Notes: generated by a model from the letters alone, not told the origin. Shown: positions 27,201 to 42,200, counted from the stretch's first letter. The stretch is DNA of 64,000 nt from Geosiphon pyriformis uo1 (GCA_016748015.1 JAAOMT010000494.1:364190-428189); one strand, 5' to 3'. Made by a program: numbers and translations.

Positions 27201-30200
27201 TTATGCCTTGCCTGTGACGAAATCCTACCAGATGAAAAACTATGGAATGATGTTCCCAGCTGAAAAAAAACATATGACAAAGCATGTCAATACACAATCT
27301 TAATTAATAATTAGATACAAAAAGGAATTCTAATCAACAAAGCCTAAAAATGAGCATTATGACAATTGAACAGGTATCCCCACAACAAACATAAAATTTG
27401 GAGAATGGCGAGTGTGAAAGTAGAGGGTGCTACAACCAGGGAATTACTAGAAATCAAAAACAACCCCTTATTCTTTTCAGAACCCAAATATATCATGACT
27501 TTTAATGTCTTTGACAACATTAAAAATGATCCAGAATATTTTCACAAGCACTATTAGAATCTGGCACTGATTAAAGAAGAGCAGAAACAAAGGCTAGCTG
27601 ACCTAAAAACAAAACTGTGTGATCATTGTTTGATTTCTTACCACTTTTAATACTATAACAAATGTAATATCATGTTTAATCTGCCTCCAAGAAAACTATA
27701 TCTGATCATCAAACTACTAGAACCCAAAATAAAAGAGGAATTAATTACTAAGGACATGTTATTTCAAGATCCAATTGAGAATACTGAAACAAAACAGTAT
27801 CTTGTGTATCCTAACCTATCCAAAAAATTAGAATTAAAATAGTACAGTGACAATAAAAAAAAAATTTGCTCAGAAAAAGTGCATAACATTAATGCTGGTT
27901 TCGACTTATGATATCCTGAACAATTAACCATAGTTATAGCTCCATATTCTCTTGTAAAAATAGATCTTAAGATAGTGTTAGAAATTCCTGTTAATACAAT
28001 AGTACAAGTTGCCTTTTAATTTAGTCTAGCCAAGAAAAAAATCAATGTAAAGAGAGGAATCATCAATGTTGATTACATAGAAAACATCATAGTGATGCTA
28101 TAGAACAATTTGAACAAATCCTATAAAATAGAATTACAAGAAAAAATTGCTCAAGCTATCTTTCTACTCTTAGTCAAAATATTCCAATTGACTCTGGTAA
28201 CAACCTGAGAAGAATTAGGTCTTACTGTCTGAAGAATCAATGGGTTTGGGTCAAGTGAAAAAAAAAACATACCAGTTAATTTCACAGAGGAGGACAGTGA
28301 CAAAGTAGAACTTATCTATACTAACACCATTATTTCTATCTCTTTGTACCAACAATACATTCTTAAAGTGAACAGAACAATCCAAAATCAAGTTTTGTTA
28401 TTCAAAATGAATTCTGAAATCTGTTCTCTAACTGATGTTACTAACTTATACCTACCAGTAAAGGCTCATAAGCACTTCAAAATCCCAATTCACAATTCAA
28501 CAAAAGATATTATAGAAATCCTGGAGAGAACCCTCGTTGGTTCCATATCCCCAGATATTTAGAATTCAGATAAACCCCAGTCCATTTCAGATTTTGCACA
28601 ATTGTTCTTATTCTGTGATATTACCTTACAAGTATAAAACTTGCCAAAAGAAAGTTACTTGTTCATGCCAAAAGAAATCAATAAACTCAATTTGGGAAAC
28701 CTGAACAATCTGCAGCAAATGCAATTCAAGGTTCTCTTGAATCAATATGCCAATGTTTTTGCCAACAAAAATGAGTTTGAATGCAATGACATCGTGAAGC
28801 ATCAGATTGATACAGAAAATGCTTGACTTATTAAACAATGGACTTATTGAGTACTTCCATCTGGCAACAATCTTATCAAACAAAAAGTCCAACAAATGCT
28901 TAACAATAGTTTAATCAAGAAATTGTTAAATTTTTGGTCCTTTTTAGTAGTCCTAGTCACTAAAAAAAACGGAAAGATAGAATTCTGTATGGATTACCAA
29001 AAATTAAATAACATCATCCAAAGAGATAGTTATCTTACTCCTCTCATTTAAAAAATCCTGGACAATTTAGGAAAAAAAAATGATTCTTATCATTAGACCT
29101 AACCAGTAGATATTGGCAGGTTGAAATAGATCCCAAAAATAAAGGAAAAATGGCATTTACCACTCAAGATGAAAACTTTGAGTTCAATGTAATGCTCTTT
29201 GAATTCTATAATGTTCCTGTCATGTTCTAACATCTTATGGATATTATGTACAAAGAAATTCTTTAGAAATCAGTCATAGTTTACTTAAACAACACAAATG
29301 TATTCTCTAAAATGTTTGACAATCATTTGCTCCACTTTTAACAAGTCTTCAAATGTCTTCAAAATGCCAAATTAAAACTTAATCCCAAGAAATGTTTTTT
29401 TGGAAAAACTGAGTTGAAATTCCTAGAACATGTGATCAGCAAAAATGAAGTCAAACCCAATCTAGACAAGGTCCAAAAAATTAAAAATTTTTCAGCCCCA
29501 ATTAATCTTCAAGAGTTACGAGAATTTTTAGGATTGACAAGATACTACTGCCAATTCGTAAAAGGGTTTTCAACTATCACAAAACTCCTTCACCACTTGT
29601 TGTCTAAATATGTGCCATACCTGTAGAAAGAAGATTAACAAAAAGCCTTCGACTATCTCAAGCAGTGACTGATCACATTCCCAATATTGATCTACCCCAA
29701 TTTCACTAAACATTTTATTATTGCTACAAATGCCTTGAAGAATGCACTAGAAGCCATTTTATTGCAAATAAAACCAGACAACAGAGAACATCCAATTGTG
29801 TATACTAGTTATAGCACAAGTCCAGCTAAGAAAAATTACAACACAATAAATCTAGAATGTCTCACCATCTATTGGGCAGTACAAATATGAAAACACTACC
29901 TCAGTTAACTATTTAACCTATATACAGATCATAAGAGACTCATTTGGTTACTCAATAATTCACAACTAAAAGGAAAATATACAAGATAGAGTACTTATTT
30001 GCAACAATTTCCACTCAAAATTCATTACAAAGAAGAATTCAAGAACACCAATGCCAACAGTTTGTCGAGAATGTCACAAACTTAATCCCAGATCCATAGA
30101 CACACTTACTTATCAACAACTATATCAGTACCTATCAACACTATGTTTCAAGGAGATATTATCTCAACAGGAACAAAGTACTATACAAAAACAAGCCCAA

Positions 30201-32293
30201 AAATATTTTATTCAAGACAACTAACTATATTAATAAGAATGCTAAAACCATTCCACTCTACAACAAGTTATAAAGAACAATAAAAAGAAAACTATATTAC
30301 ATAGTATGCATTCTGATTCAACTGCAGGGCACTTTAACAAAGATGCTATCCTCGAAAGAACACTAAATTTATACTATTGGCCAATGATATACAGAGATAT
30401 TTTCTAATACATGCTTAATTGTAACTCATGTTAGTAAAAAGAAGGAGCAAGATCAACAGAACCATTTTGACCCATTCCAGTTGGAAATTTATTTGATAGA
30501 ATTAGAATCAAATTGGTTGGACCTCTCTTAATTACATCCCAAGGAAATTACTATATCACTGTAGTCATAAACTATCTTACAAAATGGCCAGAAACCAAAG
30601 CAATCCAAGTAGTCAACACCAAAACAGTAGCCAAATTTGTGCATCAAAATTTAATTTGCCAACATAGATGTCTAAAAGAATTATTATCTGATCAGGAAAC
30701 ACATTTTGTTAATAATACACTAACTGAACTAAGCCAATGGTTTGGAATAAAGCAACTTTTATTGTCATCATATCACCCACAAACAAACAGATTGGTAGAA
30801 TGATTTAACCAAACACTATGTGAAGCACTAACAAAAATAAGTCATGAAAACAAACAAAAATGAGACTTATTCATACCTTCTGTACTCTTTGCATACTGAA
30901 CAGTAAAACAAAATACGACTCAGTTCACACTCTTCAAACTAGTCTATAGAAGAAAAGCTACATTACTGATTAAACAAGTGATACTATCATACTCAACAGA
31001 AACAATCAATAAAGAGAATTTTGAAGCTATCTTACACCAAAGAACGTACTAGCTAATAGAAATGTTGAAAGACAATTGAAGAACAACAGCTAACAATATT
31101 AGTTATGCTCAAAAATGACAAAAAAAAAGACATAATAACCACCTACTAGAACAACCAATGGAATTCAAGATTGGAGATCAAGTATTATTACATCGTACAA
31201 AAGCTGAGAAACAGTGGAGTGAAAAGTTTGATCCAAAGTGAGACAGTTCATTCCACATACATGAAGTTTTAGGAAATGAAGCTTACAAATTATGATTAGA
31301 AGACAAGATTTTAAAGAAAGTAATGCATAGAAATTGGTTAAAAATTTATCATGCAAAACAGGAATCATTATCATCAGTACCTCAGCTAAAAACACAAATT
31401 TCATTAATCAGACCAGAAGATATACTACAAGATCTGGAACCAATTATCATTATCAAAATATAAACAATGTGTAACAAATTAATTAGGAAATTTAAATATA
31501 TATAGCATTTAAAAAACAGCAAAAAATAATAGAACTGTTAATATGGACTTATTAGATTAAATTCTACAACTCTCAAAACAACTATTTGACACAATTCAAC
31601 AATCTTTTGCTCAAATAAAAGTAACAATTGATAGAAAAAAATATGCTATAAAGATAGAAACAAGAAAGAGATGGGTGTGAGTTTAACTAGAACTAACTGT
31701 TCCCATCTTTACATTCCACTCAAGAAAGAAATTTTACAAAAAGGAATTAAATTGTCTCAGGTGGGACTTGAAAAAAGAGTGGAAGAACAAGAAAAAGTTT
31801 ATAAAAAAAGATACTTGGTCTTTGAGCTGGAAGAAATCAAAGAAGTTTTAGCTCGTGAGATTGATCTTCCCAAAATAAGAAAATAGACACCAGACAATGC
31901 AAAGGAATAGAAAAAAAAACTTCCTCCAACTTCTTGGTTCTACAAAATGGGTGAAAAATTAGACTTAAAGATGCCATATGGAGACTTCAGCCAGTAAACT
32001 TTCAACAAAAAAGCAATGCAACAAGTAGAAAAATTCATAGGAAGAAGCAATCTGACCCTATATTACAAAGCAGCTTACCAACTATACACCACTTTCCAAT
32101 TTTGTTCAAGTGTACTGTTATATAGATCTATAAAGACAATAACAGTTAACAACATAGAATGAATTACTAATTGACAGTTTGAAGACCTACAAAAAACAAT
32201 ACTCGACACAACCATCAAACATTACACAAATAAAGACATAAAAACAGATATATACAATTTCGCAGGAGCTTAATTCTAAAAAGAGAGAGATAA

Positions 32294-33324
32294 TATTACC
32301 TGAATAGAGAAACCAATCTGAAGTTATAAAGAAACATGACCAGAACATGACATAACACAGAATAGCATACAATAATGTTGAATAACACATTATAACTTAG
32401 GATAGTGCAGAATAATGCATTATAATATAAGATAACACAGAATAACATATAATAACACCAGATAACATGTTATAACATAAGATAACTAATAATAACATAA
32501 AAAAATGAAGCAATAACAGAAATAATAAAGCAATAGTTAGCAATAATAAAACAATCAGAAGCAATTCTGTAAAACCAAAAATATATATAAAAGCAAGTAG
32601 TTGTAGAAAGTAGAAACAAGAAACAAATAGATACAAATCACTAAACAAGAATCAAATATCCTTACCCTTTCCATCATTTATCCTATTCTATTTTCATCAT
32701 CTGAAATAAATTAATTATTAAGAAATCAGAATCACAAATTCATGTTCTTGAACTTTGTGGAATTTATGTAAACTAATCATTATTTCGTATCTTTGTTCCA
32801 GGACAGATGCTCTTAGCATAACTGCCTTGAACTATTAATGATTTGGACCAATTACTCTTGATCACAGTAATTGACAATACTAATTTATCTTTTCTTTTAT
32901 TTTTCTTTTATTTTTTTTTACTTTTTATTTTTTTCTTGTAGAGCAACAACATAAGAAAATTAACTGTCTGTAAATAGACTTCATGATAGTCTGGTAAAAG
33001 AAGGAGACTTCCTCTAAGTTTTGGATATTAACATTATCTTGTTAACTTACCAAAAGGACAAAAAGACAATGCCAGATCCTAATGACTGCACTCATTAGCT
33101 TGGAGAAGATAGCTTACATTTTTAAAAAAGTTGCAATCAGCAAAAACCAAATCTCTGTGCCTTATAACCAAAGAACTCAACAGATAAATTCACAACCAAT
33201 AGATAAGACTTTTAGAGACTGATAATCAAAACTAAGCCAACAGAATTATGTAAAAGATGCATTACCAATAATTGAAAGCACCAAATATTATCATTTCCCT
33301 ACTCTACCCAGTTTACCTGTAATA
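32294..33324 (+). repeat. 3' LTR of element 3
   Basis: Same length as the 5' LTR. Differs from it by transitions only in the part I aligned. Preceded by PPT+TAA. Confidence 0.93.
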
Positions 33325-34072
33325 CTGTTTATAGAAGACTGCTTGTAGTTATTAGGAAGAGGCTTTATGACAAATGTTATTCTGGTGTTTTATGTTTACA
33401 TTGTAGAGAAGTTGAGTTTTTTGATTACATGTTTATGTGTTGTAAGGAGTCTATTTTCTACAAGGTAATTTTTTTTGAGCATATTTTATATTAGAAGTCT
33501 TTGGCTGGTTTTTATCTTCTTACTTCTTCTGTAGTTATAGAATTTCTTTTTTCATCCTTATCTAATATCAGTCTGTATGATTTTTTTTGTAAAAGCTTTG
33601 TGCTTACAAAGTAGTTTGAGAAGATCATGTGGATTTTTGATAATTATAAGAAGACTGTCCAGATCTTGGTTGATTTTGTATATAGTCTGGGTGTTCGATA
33701 CTATTCTGAGTTGTGAAGATTTAAGTCTAGGTTTAGAGTAGATATAGAGAGGGATAATTTAATTGGTAATTCAAGAGTAATATCTGTGATGTCTATTGGC
33801 TTAGTGTTGATTTTATTGGATGATGTGATTAGATTAATTGGTATTAATAATTTATTTGGGATTAGTTTTGGTTTTCACATACTTTGTTTGTTTTTTTCTG
33901 GTTTAGGTGATAAAGTTACTGTTTGTATAAGAGTTTAGTGTTGCTTTGATTAGTTTGAGTAACTGGTCACATGTAGTAAATATATAAATTGTGTCTAGTT
34001 GGGGTCTATAGTTTTGATTCTGTATATTAGATAGTAATTGGGCTACACTTATAAAATATTAATAAAAAAATA
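33325..34072 (+). mobile_element. LINE 3' fragment (zinc finger, 3' UTR, A tail)
   Basis: RRLLVVIRKRLYDKCYSGVLCLHCREVEFFDYMFMC. 3' UTR motif at 33950-34060, then AATAAAAAAA. Confidence 0.8.
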
Positions 34073-34079
34073 ATAATAT

Positions 34080-34570
34080 TGAATTATATATGGTGTTTTA
34101 CATGAGTTTTATTCTAAAAAATTGGCTTAAAAATGCTTTGATAATATATGATAATAAAAAAAAAGTATTATCTATATTGATAAGTTTGTTATATTAATTA
34201 ATTAATTATTATTACTACAAAATATAGTCTGTTAAAATCAAGTTCAGATCAAAGACAGAGAAAGCTGAATTAATGAGTAATAATAGTATGATACTAGTAG
34301 TAATTAGTAAATTGTATTTAGATTTGTTAAATAAGATAATTTATATACTTAGTATTATTAAGTTAATAACAATAAGCTTTAGTAAACATATATTTTATGC
34401 ATTTTTTTTTAGTATTAATAATAATTTAATTGTGCAAATAAATATTTAATATTACTTAGATTGGCTCAAGTAACTAGTTATATATAGCAAATACATGAGT
34501 TGTATTTAATTGAAATTATTTTGTTTAATTCTATATATTAAATAATAACTAAGCTGTATTTATTAAGCAT
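34080..34570 (+). mobile_element. Heavily decayed LINE 3' end
   Basis: Carries the same 3' UTR motif (34461-34570). Upstream it resembles 33600-33940. Confidence 0.6.
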
Positions 34571-35348
34571 TATTACTAGTAATTATTTGGGGTGTTAGAA
34601 CAAATAACAAATCCATAACTTGATGTTCAATAGCTAATAATGTTGGTAATTTCTGCAGGTTTTGATTAAGTTTTTTGTATAATAGACAGAGATTTAATTG
34701 ATGGTTTTTTCTGTGAATTTTTTTTTTAACATGGTAACCAATTTATTCTGGCAGTTATGTTTTTTTAGTAAGTTATCTTTAATTTCTATTTTTGTTTTCA
34801 GATCTTTTATCAGACTATTTTTAATGTTAAATACTTAGCACTTAATCTTTTTAATTAATTAATAAACAACAAAAAAACAAAATAAAAGAAAAATAAAAGA
34901 AAATAAAAGAAAATAAAAAAGAAAATAAAAAATTAGTATTTTGTCAATAGCCATAAGCAAAAGTTATTAGTCCAATATAGTTAAGTATTAAATTTTATCA
35001 ACATAAAATATTAATAGTAGAAAAGTAATTAATATTCTTTAATCAAGTAATAATAATATGAATTGGATAATAATTAAATATTTTATTAATATTAATATAA
35101 TTTTACTTCAAGTTATAGAAAACTATCTTTTAAAAAAAAATATTGTTGTTCTGAACTTTATTGAATTTTCTATACTTTTCTGCTTTTAATACTTTTATTA
35201 TGTATACATAATTTGTGTTATACAAGATTTTTGGAAATTCTGCAATTTTTTAAGAAGAATTCTGGAATTCTGGAATCTTATAATTTACCATTTTACTATG
35301 TCTATTACTGATTGGCTATTTTATAATTCTTAATTTTTATAAGTAACA
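34571..35348 (-). mobile_element. Solo or recombinant LTR, family A
   Basis: Reverse complement of the 18450-19258 LTR type, including the GGAATTCCA repeats. The two flanks belong to different elements. Confidence 0.85.
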
Positions 35349-38300
35349 ACATAGAAAAAGCCATTGTAACCAACAGATAAAATAACACCAGAGCAATTCA
35401 AGTCATTTTATATTTTCTTTAGAACACTATCAACTCGTGATATTAAAATTTTGTAAACAAATTTCAAGATTTTAATGCATTTAAAACTGTATTTCTACAG
35501 TATTTTAGCAATAATAACAGTAATAATTGCCTATTAACTAGCTTTACTATCATTAAACAAGATGATATTAAAGCAGTTATTATTTACTTAGAATATTTCT
35601 ACAGAAATCTGCACTAAATCCAGACAATTCAAATTGACTGCTTTATAGTAACACAGATTTTGAACCAGTTTATTTATAAATTACACAGTAACTTTTTACA
35701 ATGAATACATCTAAAACACCCAAATACTTTTCAAAATACAGTCACATATGTCAAAGATTTTAAATTGGCTAAACTTGAAGCCAACCACACTCAAACTGTA
35801 AACTTAGTAATAAACAGATTATTTAAATTAGATACCAAATTAAAGCAATTTGATAAAGTTATCAATCAAAAAATCTAGGGATACTTAGCTAAAAATCAGA
35901 CAATTTATCAATTTTTTCAACATTGTAACAACCAAAAAAACTCCAATCATTTTCAAAATTAATCACATCTATTATTTTTATTAGCCAATTAATTATGGCA
36001 GCAAAAAATGTGTATTTGCTACTATTATGGTAAACAAAAACACTTAAAATTAGATTGCCACTTTAGATTTAACAACCAATAATTGAAAAATCAATATTGA
36101 AACTCTGATTGCTAGTTTCAAACTCTAAATTATATCCAAAATCAAGAACAATATCAGTTTTATTATTTCCAAATAATATAACAACCTATATACATACCTC
36201 CAGTTTATCAGACTTTAGTATTAATAATTTATCAACAGTTATAGCCATAAGTAATTTATTAATCCCAACAATTCAAGTACCACTCCAAATTATTGTGTCA
36301 ATATTAATTAAAAATCCAAGACCAAAAATTACTTATACTTAGCAGAATTGGAGATCAGTAATAATAATACACCAATTAACCTCCAGTTCTTCAAACCAAT
36401 TATTAGAATCATGTCAACAGAGTTTGGAAAGTGAGTATATTCAAAACCTGAATTTCCAAAACTATTTAAGTCTCTTGATTATTTCAGAAAATAATCCATT
36501 TAACAACTTAAAAGCCAACTTAATTTTACTTACCAACAATATTCTACTAGCAACAGTTATTGAAAACAAATTACTTGCAGTCATTTTTTTTGAATTAAAA
36601 GAATCAATAATAACACTATTATTCAATAAAATTACTTTTAATGCCAAATTTATTACTACTATATATACCAATACTAAAGTTAATGGCCAATCAATTAAGC
36701 TAATTCTTGATAGTAGATCAGCAGACAACATCATCACATGACAATTTATAGACTAATTAGATTGCCAAGTTGATCATACTGCCAGTATCAGAATTATTAT
36801 AACTGATAGAATAACAAAAACTTCTATTGGTGAAATTAATAACTTTCCATTTGAAGTCAATGATATTATAACACCTATTAAAGTTTTTATAATAGAAGTC
36901 ACATAATATCAAGCTCTTGTTAGTAATAACTGGTTGTTCAAAACCAATATTATACTTAACTAAAACATTTAAAAGCTTTAGTTAATATTTAATGGTCAGC
37001 ATACTTGGGTGTCTGCCACTTATAAACATTTTAAAACTCCTTCAAGAAAGCAATTATTGATCAAATTAAAAAAAAAGAAAAAAAAATCTATTTGAAAAGC
37101 CTATTAAGTCTTATAAGCTGAAGATAAGCACAATAAATTACTGTCAATACTTTCTTGAGATAATAAAAAAAAAAAAAAAAGAGGACAAACCAAAAGTCAC
37201 TACAGTTATCAAAAAAATAACCAGTGAATAAAATAAATTATACTCTGTGAAAACAAAGAAAAAACTGTCATATATTCTACTTAGATATATTAACTATAAT
37301 AAAAAACTTTCCTCCATGAGAGCTTAGATCTTACTCAAAAAAGATTATTGGACATATACTTACTACTATTGCAAATTGTATTATTAAAAACATTTCAAAT
37401 ATCTGAAATAATAAGAAAAATAAGACAATAAGCCATGTTTTGCTTGTGGAGAAACTTTACTTGACAAAAAAATATGGAATAATATTCTTGGTCAAGAAAA
37501 AACATGTGATATATCATGTCAATACATAATTCTTATAAATAACTAGGTAAGCTAAAAAATATTTTTTAATGCTGCATAGAACTGAATACTTTTATGCTTA
37601 AATGGCTATTCATATAATAAAAATGAAATTTGGTGAATGACAAGTGCCAAAATTGAAGACACTTTACCCAATAAAATATTCACTATCAAAAACAACTTAC
37701 TAAAACCTGTTAAAACTATTTTTATTCTCAATTCAGATATATTTATTAATATCTTAAACAATTTAGAACAATTTCATGAACACTACCAAAATTTAACACT
37801 TACTAGAAAAAAGCAAAAGCAGTATTTAAAACAACTAAATGCTAGACTTTGTAAACATTGCCTAATTTTTAGTGACTTTAAATATTGTGATAATTGTAAC
37901 TTTATCTATAATTCATTATTACACATAATTTATTTGATTCCTAAAGAGAAAAAACCAATCAGCAAATATGCATTAAAATTGAAATCAAAATCCAATCACA
38001 ATTTAAATTCTGATAATAATGACAACAATAATTCCAACTTCATTTATAATAGCAATGACAACAACAATAATTTAAACTCTAATAAAAACTTTGAATAATA
38101 TTTTATGCTTCCAAATCTTTCAATAGAGCAGAAACTTAAATGGTTTAGTGATAACAGTAAAGATATTATGCCAAAACATGTACATAATACTAATGCAAAA
38201 TTTAATTTTAGATATTCAGAAAAAACTGCCATTAGATTGAAACTTTATTTGCACATTAGTATAGATTTAAAATTAGCACTAAAAATTTTGACAACAACAA

Positions 38301-39262
38301 TAGTCCAATTAGCCTCTAAATTTAGTTTAGCAAAAAAAAATTAATATTAAAGAAAAAATAATTGATACAGAATATATAAAAAATATTATTGCAATACTAC
38401 AAAATAACTGAGAAAAAAAATATATTATTAAACCAAACAAAAAGATAGCATAGGCAATATTCCTGTTTTTGGTTAAAATAACTCAGTTAGTGTTAGTAGA
38501 AACAAAAAAAAAATTAAGAATTATAACAAGAAAAATAAAGAGATTCGGATCTATAGGTAAAATAGAAATATCAATTAATATAACAGAAGAAAAAACTATT
38601 GATAAGAAAAAAATTATCTTTACCCATCAATCAATTTCCATTTTACTATATAATCAGTACATAAAAATTATATATAAAAAAGTAAAAAATCAATCCCAGA
38701 TTTTTGAAGCTAAAACAAATATTTGTAAATTAAGGAAGATTAGTATTACCAATTTCTATATACCAGCCAAAAATTACAAATACATTAAAATTTTTATATA
38801 TAATATAATTAAAGACTCTAAAAAAATACTAAGTGAAACTACTATTGAACACTTAAATACTGAAGTTGAAAACCAATTACCAATCACTATTCTAATCTTT
38901 TTACAACTGTGCAAATATGTAAATATTATATTACAAATTATATACAAATGAAAACAATATTATTTATTGCAATTAAAACAATTAAAACAAATGAACTTAG
39001 AAAATTTAGATCTACTTTAACATATATAACTCAAGATACTACTTAAAAATTTCACTAATATCTTTGTCAGTGAAAATAAATTTGGCAAAACTGATATTAT
39101 TTAACATCAAATCAAAATTAAAGATATAATGTTAATTAAACAAAAAGCATACAAAGTATCATTAGCCAGCCATGAAATTATTTGACAAGAAATCAACAAA
39201 ATGTTGGACAACAGATTAATTTAATTATCAATGAGTTCATGATTATTACCAGTGATATTTGT
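35349..39262 (+). mobile_element. Internal fragment of a family A Ty3/Gypsy element (mid-gag, PR, Cys-rich, dUTPase, start of RT)
   Basis: EKAI..(W) gag, LILDSRSA protease (~36700), CKHCLIFSDFKYCDNC and a decayed dUTPase (~38140-38560). Ends at S(S)W..PV.. where the 3' LTR of element 4 is inserted. Confidence 0.85.
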
Positions 39263-42200
39263 TGTTACAAATGATTATTTGGAATGTTAAAACAAATAAC
39301 AAACTCATAATTTAGTATTTAATAGTTGATAATATTGGTAATTTCTAAAGGTTTTGAAGTTTAAAAATTTTGGTTAAGTCCTTTGTATAATAGACAAAAA
39401 TTCAATTGATGGTTTTTTCTATGAATTTTTTTCTTTAACATAGTGGCCAGTTTAATTTGACAGTCATGCTTTTTTGATAAGCTATCTTTAAATTTCTATC
39501 TTTATTCTTGGGTTTTTTACCAAATTATTTTTGATGTTAAATATTCAGTACTTAATTTTTTTAATCAATTAGTAAAACAACAAAAAAATAAAACAAAAAA
39601 AATAAAAAAAATAAAAGAAAATAAAAAAAGAAAATAAAAAATTAGTATTATATTAATAGCCATAATCAAAAGCTATTGGTTTAGTGTAATTAAGTATTAG
39701 ATTTTATTAACATGGAGTGTTAATAGAATAAAAATAATTAATATTTCTTAATTAAGTGATAATAACATAAATTCAGGTAATAATTAATATTTTATTAATA
39801 TGTGATTTGGTTTCATTTCAAGTTATAAAAAACTATCTTTTAAAGAAAGAGATATTGAATAATTAATAGATTCTAATTGATTGTAAATATTAATTCTGTT
39901 TTTTTTGTTTCTAATACTCTTGCTATATATACATAATTTTTATTATGTGAAATCTTATATTTTTTTGATCAATGTGTCTTATTTTTTTTGACAATGTGTT
40001 TACTTGCTAAGTGCTATTCTTCTATTGATCTATTTTTTTATTCATTTTTTTTATTTTTTTTATAAATAACATTATCTTTTTCTTTAATATTAAGCTCTAT
40101 CAAAATCTTTATTTTGAATTAAGTCTATTACTTTTCTTTTCAACATTGTTTGTTCAATTCTGTTTTTTATTTCTTCATATTAAAAGTTGTTTATTTTCCT
40201 TAATTGGTTAACAGTTATTGTTTTTATTTCTTAGTATAGTAACATTTTTTAATAATTTTGAAATATGGTGTGTAGTTGGTAAATTGTTTTGATATATAGT
40301 CTAGAATTTATTTTCTTTCTAATAAAATCTTCAATCTGTTGTACTATTTCTTAATTGAATATTTTTTTAGATTTATTAATATATAATTTCTAAATATTCA
40401 GCTTTTGTTTCAACTGATAATAACAATATAATACTGAAAGTTGTTTCTATTGTTACTAGTAAAATTTTAACTATTAATTAGTATGAAATTATTTTTTTAA
40501 TTCCTAGAATTAATTAGTATATGTTATTATTATTTTAATTATCACTTATTAGTTAATTAAATTATCAAATATTATTATTCAATTAATAATTCGATTTGTA
40601 CTATAGAAATTAAAATAATTAAATTACACAATACTCTGAACTATTTAATATTCAAAAATTTGCCAAAATTGATAGAAATTGGCCGAAATAATCAATAGTT
40701 TGTAGAAATAACTTATAGTTTACCAAAATGTATCTTTAGTTTGCCGAAATTATAGCAAAGAAAAAAGTACAAGTTCAAAGACTAGTACTACAACAAGTTG
40801 TATAAAGAAGAGCTTTTTTCTTCAAAAAAATGTATTTTACTTTAGATATTTTAATTAAAACAAATCATCCCTTATACATTCTAACAAAATCAAAATAAAA
40901 TCAAAATATTTAAAAACCAAAATCCTTAATTATTACACTTAAAATTCACAAAAACCCAATTAACATTTTGAAATTAATTAGCTACCAATTTCAATAAATC
41001 TGTTAGTAATTTCGGGCTTGGATAGAAAACGTTTCTTTTGACAAAATTCTATTTTTTTTATATTCTTTTACTTTTCTTATCATAATCATTAAGGTAATCT
41101 ACAAACAAGATTCTTGTAAAAGAGTTAACTTTTACAGCAAAGTAACTACACATTTTAGTAAGCTTCTAAATAAGCAATTCTTAAGAAAAAGTTGATGTTT
41201 ACTATAACATAACTACATAAAATAACCGGTATAGAATTGGCTATTCTACTTATAAACCCAGCAATTCAAATTATAGGAAATAATTTGAAGATAAATTCAG
41301 TTATTAGAGGTTCAACTACTTTCAAAAAACGTGAATTCACAACAAACAGACATTAACAACATTCAAAAAAAGAGACCAAAAACTTTTGGTAACACCATTT
41401 ATAGTTTCTAGTTTTCTTTAATTAGCTCTTTTATTAAGATTATCTGTAGTATTTTTTCAAAAGTGTTCTTTACTTTTTCTATAACTTTATCTGATTAGTG
41501 CTTTGTTTAATTCTGTGGTTATTAATATGAGATAATTTTTGCTTTTTTTTTTCTTTTGGTGTTTTAATAGCAAATTGTTTAATAATTGATAACAATTTCT
41601 ATGTCTAATTGTTGTTAATTTATGGTCTGGAATAATTATTAAGCTATTGTGTAAATGTGGTCTGGAATTTTTATCTTTTATTATTGCTTTTGTCACATAT
41701 ATTATGTTTTTATATATTGTTTTTGTAGATCAATTTAATATGTTTGTGTTAATAATTATGATTGGTTTTAGATCTCATAAAATCTCAATTGGTTGGATTA
41801 GTATTTGCTGTACTTTTAGTTATAGAATATTACTGGTAAATGATAATACTATATTGTAATATAGTTTTGGTTAATTTTCATGTACTGCTTTAGCTAAAAT
41901 TTTGTTGTTCTATCTTAATTTATAAGCTTTATTTTCAGAATTTCTTTAATGTAAAATAATCTATCTTATTTGGGATCAAATTTTTTACTTCATTGTTTTT
42001 CTACTTTAATATAATATAAGAATACTTTGTTTTCAATTTCGAATTCAACTGGTTTATTTAGTAATTGGTTATTATGTCATTTTTTTTGTTTTGTTTGTGA
42101 CTTTTATATGTTATTAGCTGTTTTTTGTCTTTTGTTTTCTAATGTTTCTATTAAATCATATATTCTTTTTAGCAATATTCTTTGAAAGTTGGCTTTTGTT

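Larger units (their letters stand above)
23190..33324 (+). mobile_element. Full-length degenerate Ty3/Gypsy element 3 (family B): LTR-PBS-gag-PR-Cys-rich-dUTPase-RT-RH-IN-ORF3-PPT-LTR
   Basis: Two 1031-bp LTRs (23190-24220 and 32294-33324). PBS at 24223-24239. dUTPase ~27840-28260 (NAGFDL, KIAQAIF, GFGS). RT ~28930-29500, RH ~29690-30070, IN ~30100-31460 (WPE, SDQETHF, SSYHPQTN, VE). PPT AAAAAGAGAGAGA at ~32278-32290. Confidence 0.93.

Noticed and set aside
33950-34062. LINE 3' element as a hammerhead or HDV ribozyme
   Set aside because: No CUGANGA/GAAA core was found on either strand, and I could not fit an HDV pseudoknot by eye.
34567-35352. GCAT/ACAT as a mutated TSD of the solo LTR
   Set aside because: The flanks belong to different elements (LINE tail vs gag). 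The similarity is explained by the shared YR target preference.
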